From Candidatus Woesearchaeota archaeon (GTDB taxonomy: Archaea > Nanobdellota > Nanobdellia > SCGC-AAA011-G17 > UBA489), in contig JAERTB010000005.1 in the NCBI GenBank assembly GCA_016845225.1, forward strand, positions 9,644 to 73,643: a stretch of DNA of 64,000 nt, in the 5' to 3' direction. A program made the translations under genes and the position numbers. Below are positions 17,839 through 27,289 of the stretch, piece after piece. Under the pieces are notes generated by a model. It searched no databases. It had not been told where the DNA came from and was given only the letters and a program-made list of their open reading frames with translations. Within the stretch, counting starts at the first letter, position 1, and every line of letters starts with the position of its first letter.

Positions 17839-19563
17839 CTATCCTTTTATTTTTCTGCCAAATCTCTCTATGAATAGAATATGGTCGATGCTTTGATTTT
17901 TGATTCTTTCAATCTTCTTTTTTCCTTTGAAAAGGTCTTTAATTATTGTAGACATTTTTTCTCCAGATACAATGTGTGGAATGATCACATAATCTGCACC
18001 TGCATCGTAAAGGTCTAATGCTTGGTGAATATGCTCTGCAACTACAATTATTTTTGTGTCGTAATTATGTTCTTTAATATAATTAATCATGTAAAGATTA
18101 TCTTCAACTGTTCTCACTGTTGAAACTACGAATTCAGTATTACTTAATCCTGCATGTTTTAGAATTTCTTCATTTGAAACGTTACCATATAGACAGTTTA
18201 CTTTCATCTTTTCTAATTCTTCAACTCTATGCGGATTGTGATCAACAACTAATACTTTTTTCTTTGCTTTTTTGAAAGTGTCTAAGAATATTGCCCCCAT
18301 TCTGTGGCACCCAAATAATACAATGTCTTTTTTTCTTAATTTCTTTTCTTTTTTTAATTTACTTTTTGGAAGAAGTGAAGAAATGAAGCTGTAATATCCA
18401 GATAAGAATGAATAGATTTTGCCTTCAATTCTCAAGGTGTATGCAGTTGTTACTATTGAAACTGCGACTAGCAACACTGTTAGGGAGAATATTTCTGGGC
18501 CAATTAAATTACTACTTAATGCTACTGCTGCAACTATTAATGAAAATTCACTAACTTGTCCTAAAGAGAAACCTGCAGTAGATGCTGCTCTTTTTTCATA
18601 TCCAAATAATAATGCTATTGTTGCAATTAATAGTGGTTTGAAAATGATCACTAATGCCAACATTGCCCAAAAAATATTTACTAAATTGCTCATCCCTGCA
18701 AACTTCATTTGAAGCCCCAAAGATACAAAGAAGATTGTTGCGAAAAAATCCTTTAGTGGTTCAATCATACCTTGAATGTTTAAACTGTATTTTAGCGGAG
18801 CAATACTTATTCCCGCTAGAAATGCTCCAACAGCAATCGAAAATCCAAAGTATGCGGCTATTGTTGAAAAGATAAAACAAGTTGTTAATGAAAGTAAGAG
18901 TATCATTTCTCTATATTCTGCCGCTGCAGTAAATAATCTTGGGAAAACTACGCTAGAAAGTAAGAGTGCTGTTGCAAATATTGCAATTCCTTTGAAGAAT
19001 GATGTTGCTAAAGAAAGAATTGTGAATGATGCAGTAGTAGATATTGCTGAAAGTAAGAAAATAACGATTATATCTTGCATCAATAATAATCCCAATGACA
19101 ATCTACTAGATAATGCATCTATCTCATCATTGTCTGAAAATATCTTAACTACGATGGAAGTACTACTAAATGCAACGATTAAACTTAGAATTGAAGCAAC
19201 AGTCGTATCCATTCCAAATTTCAGCAAAATAAAGAACGCTGCAAGGAATGTTAGAACTACTTGTATGATTGTTCCAGCCGTTGAAAAGAAACCAACTTCT
19301 TTTAGTTTCTTTAGATCCATTTCTAGACCTACAAAGAATAATAAGAATGCAATCCCTATTTCTGAAAGTGCAAAAATAATCTCTTGATTTTTAATTAATT
19401 GAAATGTTGTTGGGCCTAAAAGAATTCCTGCTAAAATATAACCTACAATCAAAGGTTGTTTGAATAATCTTGCGATAAATGCAAGTATGGTTGCAAATAC
19501 AATTATAATTGCTACATCAAATAACAGATTTATCTGTAAGTTAGACAGCACCTCTAAAGCCAT
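17839..19563 (-). CDS. Kef-type (CPA2) K+/H+ antiporter with C-terminal TrkA-N/RCK domain
   Basis: 574 aa. About 12 TM helices followed by a Rossmann-like IVLFGCHRMG NAD-binding motif. Confidence 0.8.
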   Translation of the reverse strand: MALEVLSNLQINLLFDVAIIIVFATILAFIARLFKQPLIVGYILAGILLGPTTFQLIKNQEIIFALSEIGIAFLLFFVGLEMDLKKLKEVGFFSTAGTIIQVVLTFLAAFFILLKFGMDTTVASILSLIVAFSSTSIVVKIFSDNDEIDALSSRLSLGLLLMQDIIVIFLLSAISTTASFTILSLATSFFKGIAIFATALLLSSVVFPRLFTAAAEYREMILLLSLTTCFIFSTIAAYFGFSIAVGAFLAGISIAPLKYSLNIQGMIEPLKDFFATIFFVSLGLQMKFAGMSNLVNIFWAMLALVIIFKPLLIATIALLFGYEKRAASTAGFSLGQVSEFSLIVAAVALSSNLIGPEIFSLTVLLVAVSIVTTAYTLRIEGKIYSFLSGYYSFISSLLPKSKLKKEKKLRKKDIVLFGCHRMGAIFLDTFKKAKKKVLVVDHNPHRVEELEKMKVNCLYGNVSNEEILKHAGLSNTEFVVSTVRTVEDNLYMINYIKEHNYDTKIIVVAEHIHQALDLYDAGADYVIIPHIVSGEKMSTIIKDLFKGKKKIERIKNQSIDHILFIERFGRKIKG

Positions 19564-19615
19564 GTTTATAAAAAGAATTTTCTATTTATTAATTGTTCGC
19601 TACCCTTCAAAGTGA

Positions 19616-19921
19616 TTATAACTTTTTTAGAACTATTTCAATTGTAGAAACTCTTACGTCTTTACCTTCACTGTTCTTGAAACCTTCACTATCTATAGAT
19701 ATATTTGAAACTTCAATTTGTCCTTCAAGAAATCTTTTTGCTGCAACTTCAGCAATATCTACTGCCTTACTTATGAATTTCCCTCTTGCTTTGATTGTAG
19801 AAGTTACTGCGTTTTGAGTTGTAAATTGCATAACTACACCAGTTACATAATTCATAAAGGGCTTATCTCCGATAAAAACAATGTGATCTTTTGATTCACA
19901 CTCTGTGGTCTTCTCTGTCAT
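19616..19921 (-). CDS. alba: Chromatin protein Alba
   Basis: 101 aa. IVFIGDKPFMNYVTGVV ... IKARGKFISKAVDIAEV matches Alba core. Confidence 0.85.
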   Translation of the reverse strand: MTEKTTECESKDHIVFIGDKPFMNYVTGVVMQFTTQNAVTSTIKARGKFISKAVDIAEVAAKRFLEGQIEVSNISIDSEGFKNSEGKDVRVSTIEIVLKKL

Positions 19922-19947
19922 CTTGAGTCACCCTCCTTAGAATGAAA

Positions 19948-20142
19948 TTAAAGTTCTTTTTCGTTCTTAACTAATCTAGTAGCATATCCTGCTATTACGT
20001 TTCTCATCTTTTTACCTGGAGCGGTTAATAATTGTTGAACAACCTTCTTATTTTCTTCAAAATTCTTAGTAAATGAAGATCTCTTTGCTTCTAGTAACTT
20101 GATAGTTGACCTTTTGATTAATTGTGTTTTGATTCTTCCCAT
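19948..20142 (-). CDS. rps17e: 30S ribosomal protein S17e
   Basis: 64 aa. MGRIKTQLIKR ... KKMRNVIAGY matches the eS17 N-terminal domain. Confidence 0.85.
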   Translation of the reverse strand: MGRIKTQLIKRSTIKLLEAKRSSFTKNFEENKKVVQQLLTAPGKKMRNVIAGYATRLVKNEKEL

Positions 20143-20163
20143 AAATTTAGGGTCGAAAAAAGG

Positions 20164-21282
20164 TTATTTAAGCTTTTCTAAAACATATATCTTACGCTTT
20201 ATTTTGCTGTTTTTTAGCTTATAATCTATAGGTATCAATGTATTGTCTAATGGCTGATATATCTCAAATCCGTGTTTTTTAAGCATGGACTGAAATCCTA
20301 TCCGAATAATCTTAGAATTCCTAGTTTTGAAGTTTGGAACGATAATTGACATTTTTGAGCCTTTTTTGAGTAATTTTGAAGCCTGTTGAAGTAACATATC
20401 ATAAGCTCTTGAAAGAGACTTGGCCAATTCTCTTGCTTCTGATTCGGTTGGCAACTTTCTAAGGTATGGTCCAAGATCTGGTTCTGTTGCTATGCAGTCT
20501 ACACCCTTTATTTCTTTTGAAATCCTATGAAGATTTAATTGTTTCATAGAAATCTTTGAATGCGATTTAAAATTTTCTTTTAACCATTGAATATTTTGCT
20601 TCCCTCTTTTGAATAACATAGGATTTTCTTCAATTCCAATGCTTTCTATTCCCATCAGATAAGCTTCTTGAGAAATTGTACCCAATCCACTGTAAGGAAT
20701 TAATAATTTTGATTTGTTTGTTGGTTGTGCTAAGTTGATTAATATTTTTGCTAACCTAATAGATGTAACTCTTAATGGATCAAAATTAGGCCGTTCTTCA
20801 TCTCTTGCTTTGTAACCTTTTGGATCCGATACTGCAGATACTCTGTAAAGTTTATTCTTGAAAAGTGTTAACTCTAAATCTAAATTCTTTGATTTTGAAG
20901 GAGGTATTTCTTTTTCTGTTGGATGTTTTTGCAATAATTTTAATTTTTGTTCTTTAGCAAATTGTTTCAACGTAGTTACTAACTCTTCTTTAGTTTCATC
21001 TGAAGATTCAAATTCATTTGTTGCATAAATTACCTTTGATTTGGTTAAATTTGAAAAAATTCTTGAAATAAATTCTTCCGAATTCTCTATCTCTGAAGAT
21101 ATCTTTATTGTTCCTCCTAATGCATTGATTGCTTTTTTAGGGTCGAATTTTTTAATTTCTGTTTGAATACACTTCTTAGTTATTTTTAGAATTTCATACT
21201 CTCTACTTGTTCTCTTAAGATAAGATACTACTTCTAGGATGCTTAATTCGGCATCTCTTCCCAAATGGAATATGTGTTTCAT
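20164..21282 (-). CDS. Putative THUMP-domain RNA N2-guanine methyltransferase (Trm11/Trm14-like)
   Basis: 372 aa. SAM motif I-like IPYSGLGTI and motif IV-like EPDLGPY. Confidence 0.5.
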   Translation of the reverse strand: MKHIFHLGRDAELSILEVVSYLKRTSREYEILKITKKCIQTEIKKFDPKKAINALGGTIKISSEIENSEEFISRIFSNLTKSKVIYATNEFESSDETKEELVTTLKQFAKEQKLKLLQKHPTEKEIPPSKSKNLDLELTLFKNKLYRVSAVSDPKGYKARDEERPNFDPLRVTSIRLAKILINLAQPTNKSKLLIPYSGLGTISQEAYLMGIESIGIEENPMLFKRGKQNIQWLKENFKSHSKISMKQLNLHRISKEIKGVDCIATEPDLGPYLRKLPTESEARELAKSLSRAYDMLLQQASKLLKKGSKMSIIVPNFKTRNSKIIRIGFQSMLKKHGFEIYQPLDNTLIPIDYKLKNSKIKRKIYVLEKLK

Positions 21283-22820
21283 TGAATGCCTTCTAATAAT
21301 TTTGCTACCCTTTCTTGTCCTAAGGTGATTATGAAGTTTGCCAACCTTGGCCCTTTTTCTTTTCCAATAATTGCTAAGTATGCTCCCTTAAAAAAATCCT
21401 TATTCTTTATTTTATGTTTTTGGCATAACTCATAAAACTCATTAAATAATGATTCTGCATCGTGTTTATTTTTTAATATTTCAACTAACTCTTTTAATGC
21501 AGGCTTAATTGATTCATCTAGGTGTTCATTAATCTCTTTTGTAATTTTTGTATGTACTTCAAATTTAAAATCATCTGGAGCATAAGATTCTAACCAGTTT
21601 AATGCACATTGTGCCCTTGTTTTAATTCTTGAAGATTTTATCCCTTTTGTTGCCTTTTCTATGTCTCCTTCGTGAATTTGTACTAATGTTGTTAGGTGTC
21701 TGAAAGTTATTTGTTCTCCAAATTCTTTAGGAATATCTTTACATGACAATTCATAAATTCTTTTTTGTTTTTTAGATTCTTTTTCTGTAACTTCTTCTTT
21801 GTTAAAATAAATTCTTTCACATTTATCAAAATCTTCATAAATTTTTAATGTATCTAAATCAAAACTAATTTCAAATGTTTTATTTGGTTGTGTTCCTGCA
21901 AAAAGATATGTAGCTACATCTGGTTCATAAATTTTCATAACGTCTTCTGGCAAGGTAACTACACCTCCCGAACTTGTGAATTGTTTTCCTCCCTTCATTG
22001 CAATCCATTCGTATGCCCTGTAAGTTGGTGCATTAAAATTCCAGATTAATGGAGCTATCTTTTTAGAAGTGTCGTATGAGCCTCCAGCTGCAGAATGATC
22101 TTTTCCTCCTGGTTCGAAATCTACTTGTTCGTAGTTCCATCTCATTGGCCAATCCACCCTCCATAAAAGAGCAACATTGCCTACTTTTCTAAAATCAAAT
22201 TTGTTTGAATGATTACATTTACATTCGTAATGAATTTCATATTCTCCATCGTATTCTAAAATATTTGTTGTATTTTTCCAACATTTTTCACAAAAAACTT
22301 CTATTGGCAACCATTCTTTTGCTAAAGGTTCTTTTCTATGTTTGTTCAATACTTCTGCAATTTTTTCTTTATTGTTTAATGCTTCTTTAATATGTTCTGC
22401 GTATTTACAATCTTGGTACATCTTACCTTGATAAATAAATTCAATTCCCCAATCTAATTGTTCAATTGCTTGTTCTAATTCTTTTTCGAAATGTTCTGAA
22501 TAAGATTTGTGACAGCCGTGAGGATCTGGAACTTTGCACAATGGCATTCCCAAATATTGTTTAAAATTTTCTGGAAAATCTTTTGGAACTTTTCTAAATG
22601 CATCAAAATCATCCCAAGAATAAATGAAACGTACTTTTTTTCTTCTTGATCTTAATGCTTTTGCTACTTGTGCAGAGGTAATTATTTCTCTAAAGTTTCC
22701 AATGTGTATGTGGCCTGAAGGACTTATTCCTGCTGCAACTACATAAGAAGGTTTGTCTCCTTTTTCTTTGATTATCTTTTCTGCAGTAACATCTGCCCAA
22801 TTCATTAGATTTTCAGCCAT
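21279..22820 (-). CDS. lysK: Lysyl-tRNA synthetase, class I
   Basis: 513 aa. HIGH-type motif SPSGHIHIGN and class-I LysRS N-terminal region. Confidence 0.9.
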   Translation of the reverse strand: MAENLMNWADVTAEKIIKEKGDKPSYVVAAGISPSGHIHIGNFREIITSAQVAKALRSRRKKVRFIYSWDDFDAFRKVPKDFPENFKQYLGMPLCKVPDPHGCHKSYSEHFEKELEQAIEQLDWGIEFIYQGKMYQDCKYAEHIKEALNNKEKIAEVLNKHRKEPLAKEWLPIEVFCEKCWKNTTNILEYDGEYEIHYECKCNHSNKFDFRKVGNVALLWRVDWPMRWNYEQVDFEPGGKDHSAAGGSYDTSKKIAPLIWNFNAPTYRAYEWIAMKGGKQFTSSGGVVTLPEDVMKIYEPDVATYLFAGTQPNKTFEISFDLDTLKIYEDFDKCERIYFNKEEVTEKESKKQKRIYELSCKDIPKEFGEQITFRHLTTLVQIHEGDIEKATKGIKSSRIKTRAQCALNWLESYAPDDFKFEVHTKITKEINEHLDESIKPALKELVEILKNKHDAESLFNEFYELCQKHKIKNKDFFKGAYLAIIGKEKGPRLANFIITLGQERVAKLLEGIQ

Positions 22821-22894
22821 GTGAGGATTTATAATAATATTACTTAAATAGCTTTTGAAATTGGCCTAAAATAGCTAAAAACAGCAAATAGAGG

Positions 22895-22905
22895 CTATAT
22901 TAACG
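22895..22905 (+). repeat. 11-bp direct repeat ctatattaacg (left copy) flanking the accessory segment
   Basis: Exact match to 32005-32015. Candidate target-site duplication. Confidence 0.45.
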
Positions 22906-22964
22906 GCTTTGCATGTTTATTAACCCTATTTATGTGCAATTTGAAGCCCTGCACATTTATTAAA
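22906..22964. repeat. Left-terminal array of 3 copies of a ~17-bp TTAAT-N-ATGTGCA(A/G) motif (orientation rev, fwd, rev)
   Basis: gctttgcatgtttattaa / ctatttatgtgcaa / cctgcacatttattaa. Inverted relative to the array at 31946-32008. Overlaps the transposase 3' end. Confidence 0.5.
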
Positions 22965-24044
22965 ATCAATGTTTATGCCCAATTCAAACATCTCCTGCAC
23001 CAAAACACACATATTATGTGCAAGACATTTAGCTAAAATCTCATTATCTTGGCCTATTTCACTTTTAGATCTCAAACTTTTCCCAAATTTCATCTTAAGC
23101 ATATGAAAAACAGTCTCAGAATTACTTCTTTTATGGTAATGATTCATAAATTCTTCTCGATTATATCTAAAATAGTCCCACATGGCCCTCCATATGCCTG
23201 TTCCCTTCGGATTGCCTCTAGTATTGCTCTTAAAAGGAATAAAAGGCACTCCTCCACAGTCTGAGACTGCCTGAAGGTTTTTTCTTGATAGATATGCTTT
23301 ATCTGCAGAAACTTCTCTAATATCATAAATTTTTGAAGTGGTTTTTGTTAAATTTTCAAATTCTGGACTATCACCAGAAAAACCTCTTGTTGTATTCACA
23401 GCAGCGATTATATTTGTTTTAACTCCACAGGTCATATGACACTTCCTAAATCTTCTTTTTTCAGTTTCTCTTCCTTTATCAAAACGAATATCAAACCACC
23501 TATCAAATTGGGATGTAGAGAAGCCAGAACTATCTGTAGCGAAGTCAATTTCTACTTCTGCTAAAGGGATTCCAGAAACATTTATGATATGTTGTAAATA
23601 GGTTTTATTTTCAGGTTTTCCTAAACATTTTAACACTGTATTGAAATGAGGGGTTTTTTCTACAAATCCTAATTGTCTACAAATTTCAATATCTGAAATA
23701 CATCTTCTAGAACTTTTTTGATTATAAGATTGAACAACCATATAGAATATTTGATCTCTAGTTGGAATACTTTTTCTTCCTCTTTGAGTTTTATTTTCAG
23801 GAAACTCCATATTGTTCAGTAAATCATTAAGAAAAGAGAAACAAAGAATTTTTTCCTTCATTTGAGCATTGTTGTATGCTGTCCAATCCTGAGTACATTT
23901 TTTAGGTCCTGTTGATTTAGATTTTTTTAATAAAAATTCATCTAAGAGTTTCTGCCTAGAGTAAGGTTGAAGCTTATTAGATCTAAGGATATGTTCTGTT
24001 AGTTTTTCTAACTCTTCTGATAGTTCAATTTCATCATTTTTCAT
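22926..24044 (-). CDS. DDE transposase, IS4/IS5 superfamily
   Basis: 372 aa. C-terminal block RSNSETVFHMLKMKFG resembling the YREK motif. Sits at the end of the flanked segment. Confidence 0.7.
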   Translation of the reverse strand: MKNDEIELSEELEKLTEHILRSNKLQPYSRQKLLDEFLLKKSKSTGPKKCTQDWTAYNNAQMKEKILCFSFLNDLLNNMEFPENKTQRGRKSIPTRDQIFYMVVQSYNQKSSRRCISDIEICRQLGFVEKTPHFNTVLKCLGKPENKTYLQHIINVSGIPLAEVEIDFATDSSGFSTSQFDRWFDIRFDKGRETEKRRFRKCHMTCGVKTNIIAAVNTTRGFSGDSPEFENLTKTTSKIYDIREVSADKAYLSRKNLQAVSDCGGVPFIPFKSNTRGNPKGTGIWRAMWDYFRYNREEFMNHYHKRSNSETVFHMLKMKFGKSLRSKSEIGQDNEILAKCLAHNMCVLVQEMFELGINIDFNKCAGLQIAHK

Positions 24045-24208
24045 GTTATTTAGGTACCTAATAGGTTATTTAAATCTTTCGGTACCTAATGATAAGTACG
24101 ATAAGTGATGAAAATCAAAGTATTTCGCAAACTTTACGAAGTATTTAAGGCAAAACTTATAAATTAAAGTAGTTACTACAAAATAATAGTTAAACTATAT
24201 AGAATAAA

Positions 24209-25573
24209 ATGGAAAATCAAGAAAAATCTGTTGGAGCCATTGTCTATAAAGAAGATTCTGAAGGATTAAAATTCCTTATTTTAAATAGATCTGATAAAAA
24301 AGAAGATTTTTGGGAGTATCCTAAAGGTCACCAAGAAAAAAATGAAACTGATGAATGTACATTAAATAGAGAAATTAGAGAAGAATTAGGAATTAAAACA
24401 TTTAAGATAATAGATGGGTACAAACAAACTATCTCCTATGTTTCAAATAGTAGCGGAAAAATAAGAAAATTGGTTTATTATTTGCTTTCTTCAGATGATG
24501 AGATAATTTTATCTAAAGAACATTCAGATTTAAAATGGATCAGTTTAGAAAATGCAAAATCTTTTTTTGAGTATCATGACATGGTTGAATTATTAGAAGA
24601 CGCAAAAAAATATATACAGAATAAAAAAACAAAAATCAAAATTAGCTCAAAAATCAATATAGTCGTTCCTTGTAGGAATGTGGCCAAGACAATAACTAAA
24701 ACAGTAGATTCTGTAATTTCCCAAGTAGATAATACAAATGGAAAATTGGTCTTGGTAGAAAATGATTCTGAAGACAACACTCAAGAAGTACTTGAAAAAA
24801 TCTCAAAAAAATCTCAAAACATAATTTTGAAAAAATCTCAAAGAGGAAAAATAAATGCTCTTCTAAAAGGGTTCGAGGAATTTGATAGTTTTGAACCAAT
24901 TTTTTGTATAGATGGAGACTCTTGGGCAAAGTATAGAAATTTCTCATTAGCACTTCAAGAATTTCAAAAACATCCAGAATTAAAAATAGTTGGGGGCGTG
25001 CCAAAAATTGAAGAATTTGAAATAAAAGATTCTTTAATGTCGGCAAATCTTTCAGGAATTTATCCAAGATCCAAAAAAGTTACAGATAACAAATGCAGTT
25101 TTAACAAAGCCTTTGAAGATCCGCAAGATAACTTACCACCAGAAATAGAGATTAATTTAAAACCTTTCTTCCATGGAAGACTTTTCTGTTTGAGAAATAA
25201 ATCTGTAGTTCCAAACAAATCATTAAACTGCAACTTACCTGATGACGTTTATTGGAACAGATACATCTTTAATAAATATGGCGAAAATTCAATAAGAATA
25301 CTACAAAAATTACAAGTGTATTATGAACCTTTTAAATCGATGAAAGAGTTGATTAGTTATTGTAAAAGAATTAAAGTTCAAGTGAATAAATTACTGAAGA
25401 TTTTTCCAGAATATTCCTCTCTAAAAAAAGCATTTGAAATATATAGAGACCAAGGATATGTAAAAACATTAAGCAAAAAAGCGCAGGAAGCATTCAAAAA
25501 AGAAGAATCATTTTTCTTAAATAACAAGGAATCTGAAAAAAGTTCTTGGCACGGAGAGAAATATGACCATTAG
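24209..25573 (+). CDS. NUDIX hydrolase fused to family-2 glycosyltransferase domain
   Basis: 454 aa. Nudix box GHQEKNETDECTLNREIREELGI at N-terminus. GT2-like IVVPCRN...DS core in the C-terminal half. Confidence 0.7.
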   Translation: MENQEKSVGAIVYKEDSEGLKFLILNRSDKKEDFWEYPKGHQEKNETDECTLNREIREELGIKTFKIIDGYKQTISYVSNSSGKIRKLVYYLLSSDDEIILSKEHSDLKWISLENAKSFFEYHDMVELLEDAKKYIQNKKTKIKISSKINIVVPCRNVAKTITKTVDSVISQVDNTNGKLVLVENDSEDNTQEVLEKISKKSQNIILKKSQRGKINALLKGFEEFDSFEPIFCIDGDSWAKYRNFSLALQEFQKHPELKIVGGVPKIEEFEIKDSLMSANLSGIYPRSKKVTDNKCSFNKAFEDPQDNLPPEIEINLKPFFHGRLFCLRNKSVVPNKSLNCNLPDDVYWNRYIFNKYGENSIRILQKLQVYYEPFKSMKELISYCKRIKVQVNKLLKIFPEYSSLKKAFEIYRDQGYVKTLSKKAQEAFKKEESFFLNNKESEKSSWHGEKYDH

Positions 25574-26477
25574 ATCAAAATTAGAATGTAAATCCAATGA
25601 TTATACTAATTTAGAACCCTTTGAAAATGATTCTCCAATAAAATCATCAATATTAATTCCAGCATATAATGAAGAAGGGTATCTAAAAAATACTATTAAA
25701 GCTATAAATAACGCAATAGAGTATTCCAATAATCCTAATTTTTTTGAATTGATCATAGTTGATGATGGTTCTAAAAAAGATTTAACAACTATTTTAGAAA
25801 ATGAAGAAATATGTTGTAAAAAGGTTTTCCACCGCTTTCAAAAAAATAGAGGAAGATCTCTTGCAAGAAACAAAGCAATTGAATTATCTTCAAATGAATT
25901 AATCTTTTTCTTTGACAGTGATGTGCTGATTCAAAATAATTATTTTAATGAACACTGGAAGATTCATAATAAAACAAGAAATGCAATTGCAGTCGGTTTA
26001 GCGGAAAATATCTATGGGGGAGATAGAAGGATAAATAGATTTCTATCAGAAAATGCTCCAACACCAGATATTAAAAAAGATTTTAGAATTTATAAAGATA
26101 TAAGTAAATGGGCAGACGAAAACAGTAGAAAAGAATTTCATCTACTGAATGAAACAAACAATTTTAAGCATTGGGGGAATAATAAAAAAATAGATTTTTG
26201 GACATTGCCTTATATGGTGGTTTCACATAATATGAGTGTTTTATCAGAAAATGTTGAAGAAGTAAATGGTTTTGATGAAAGATTTAAGGGATGGGGTTGT
26301 GAAGATAGTTTCTTTGGTGCAAAGTTGATTTCTTCAGGAGGTTATGTAATCCCTGTTTTAAATTCTTCTGCATATAGGATAAAACACCCTCCAAGAGAAG
26401 GAGATGAAAATCAACGTAAAAAAGAGATGATGAATAATATGGATCTTTATGAGCTCTTGTTGGATGAAAAATGTTAG
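25563..26477 (+). CDS. Family-2 glycosyltransferase
   Basis: 304 aa. SILIPAYNEEGYL, IIVDDGS and DSD motifs. Start overlaps the upstream gene by 11 nt. Confidence 0.75.
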   Translation: MTIRSKLECKSNDYTNLEPFENDSPIKSSILIPAYNEEGYLKNTIKAINNAIEYSNNPNFFELIIVDDGSKKDLTTILENEEICCKKVFHRFQKNRGRSLARNKAIELSSNELIFFFDSDVLIQNNYFNEHWKIHNKTRNAIAVGLAENIYGGDRRINRFLSENAPTPDIKKDFRIYKDISKWADENSRKEFHLLNETNNFKHWGNNKKIDFWTLPYMVVSHNMSVLSENVEEVNGFDERFKGWGCEDSFFGAKLISSGGYVIPVLNSSAYRIKHPPREGDENQRKKEMMNNMDLYELLLDEKC

Positions 26478-27289
26478 AAGCAATATTAAAAAAAGAAAAT
26501 TATGAATTAGTTAATCAAGAGTTTTTAGGAAAAAGAAATTCTGTATTTAAAATTAATAATGGAAATAATTTTGCAATTTTAAAAATCTATCAAAATAAAT
26601 ATTTTCCTAATCAAAGAGAATATGAAGCGAATATCTTAGGAAATCTTTCAGGAAATATTGTCTTTCCTAAGATAATAAAATCAGACAAGGAAGGAGGACT
26701 AAATTACAACATTTTAACATTGATAGAGGGTAAAACATTATACGTTGAAAAGCAAGAGAATTATACTTCTTTGGTGGGAAATTATCTAAATTATCTGCAT
26801 AAACTAAAACCTGCAATATGTTCTAGAAAATTGGAAAATGATGAAAATAAAATTATGAAAAAAGCTTTTGCAAAAATAAATGATAAAAGCCTAGAGAATC
26901 TTTTTGAAAAGCAAGATATGAAGGGTAACAAGTCATTCATACATCATGATCCCCATTTCAGACACACGATAATATCTCAAGAAGGGATTGTCGGGATGAT
27001 AGATTGGGAAGATGCAAGATATGGTCATTTAGAAACAGATTACGCCTCATTTATTAAAGATCAAATAGAGACAGATTGTCCAATTTCAGAAATTTATGAA
27101 TTTTCTAAAAATTATAAGGAAAAACCAGAAAATCTATTGAAACATTTAGCTAAAATTTATTTAATCGATTTAGCATTTAAGGAAGGAATTCTTAATAAAT
27201 CTGACGCAAAAACAAAAGAAGTTATTAAAGTAATGCTTTCTAATGATTCTTTTGAAAAAACAATTGAGAGGATTTATGATGATTATTAA
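26471..27289 (+). CDS. Aminoglycoside/choline-kinase-like phosphotransferase (APH fold)
   Basis: 272 aa. Catalytic loop IHHDPHFRHTI and GMIDWEDARYG (D..W.D). Overlaps the upstream gene by 7 nt. Confidence 0.65.
   Translation: MLEAILKKENYELVNQEFLGKRNSVFKINNGNNFAILKIYQNKYFPNQREYEANILGNLSGNIVFPKIIKSDKEGGLNYNILTLIEGKTLYVEKQENYTSLVGNYLNYLHKLKPAICSRKLENDENKIMKKAFAKINDKSLENLFEKQDMKGNKSFIHHDPHFRHTIISQEGIVGMIDWEDARYGHLETDYASFIKDQIETDCPISEIYEFSKNYKEKPENLLKHLAKIYLIDLAFKEGILNKSDAKTKEVIKVMLSNDSFEKTIERIYDDY

Noticed and set aside
18419-19387. Three plus-strand ORFs (97, 73 and 203 aa) inside the Kef antiporter gene
   Set aside because: They are antisense to a well-supported membrane transporter CDS. They have no motifs and no independent signals.
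24045-24208. Expected second inverted terminal repeat of a compact IS just upstream of the transposase start
   Set aside because: No ATGTGCA-type motif or inverted match to the 22906-22964 end was found there. The matching end is instead at 31946-32008, which argues for a larger composite element.
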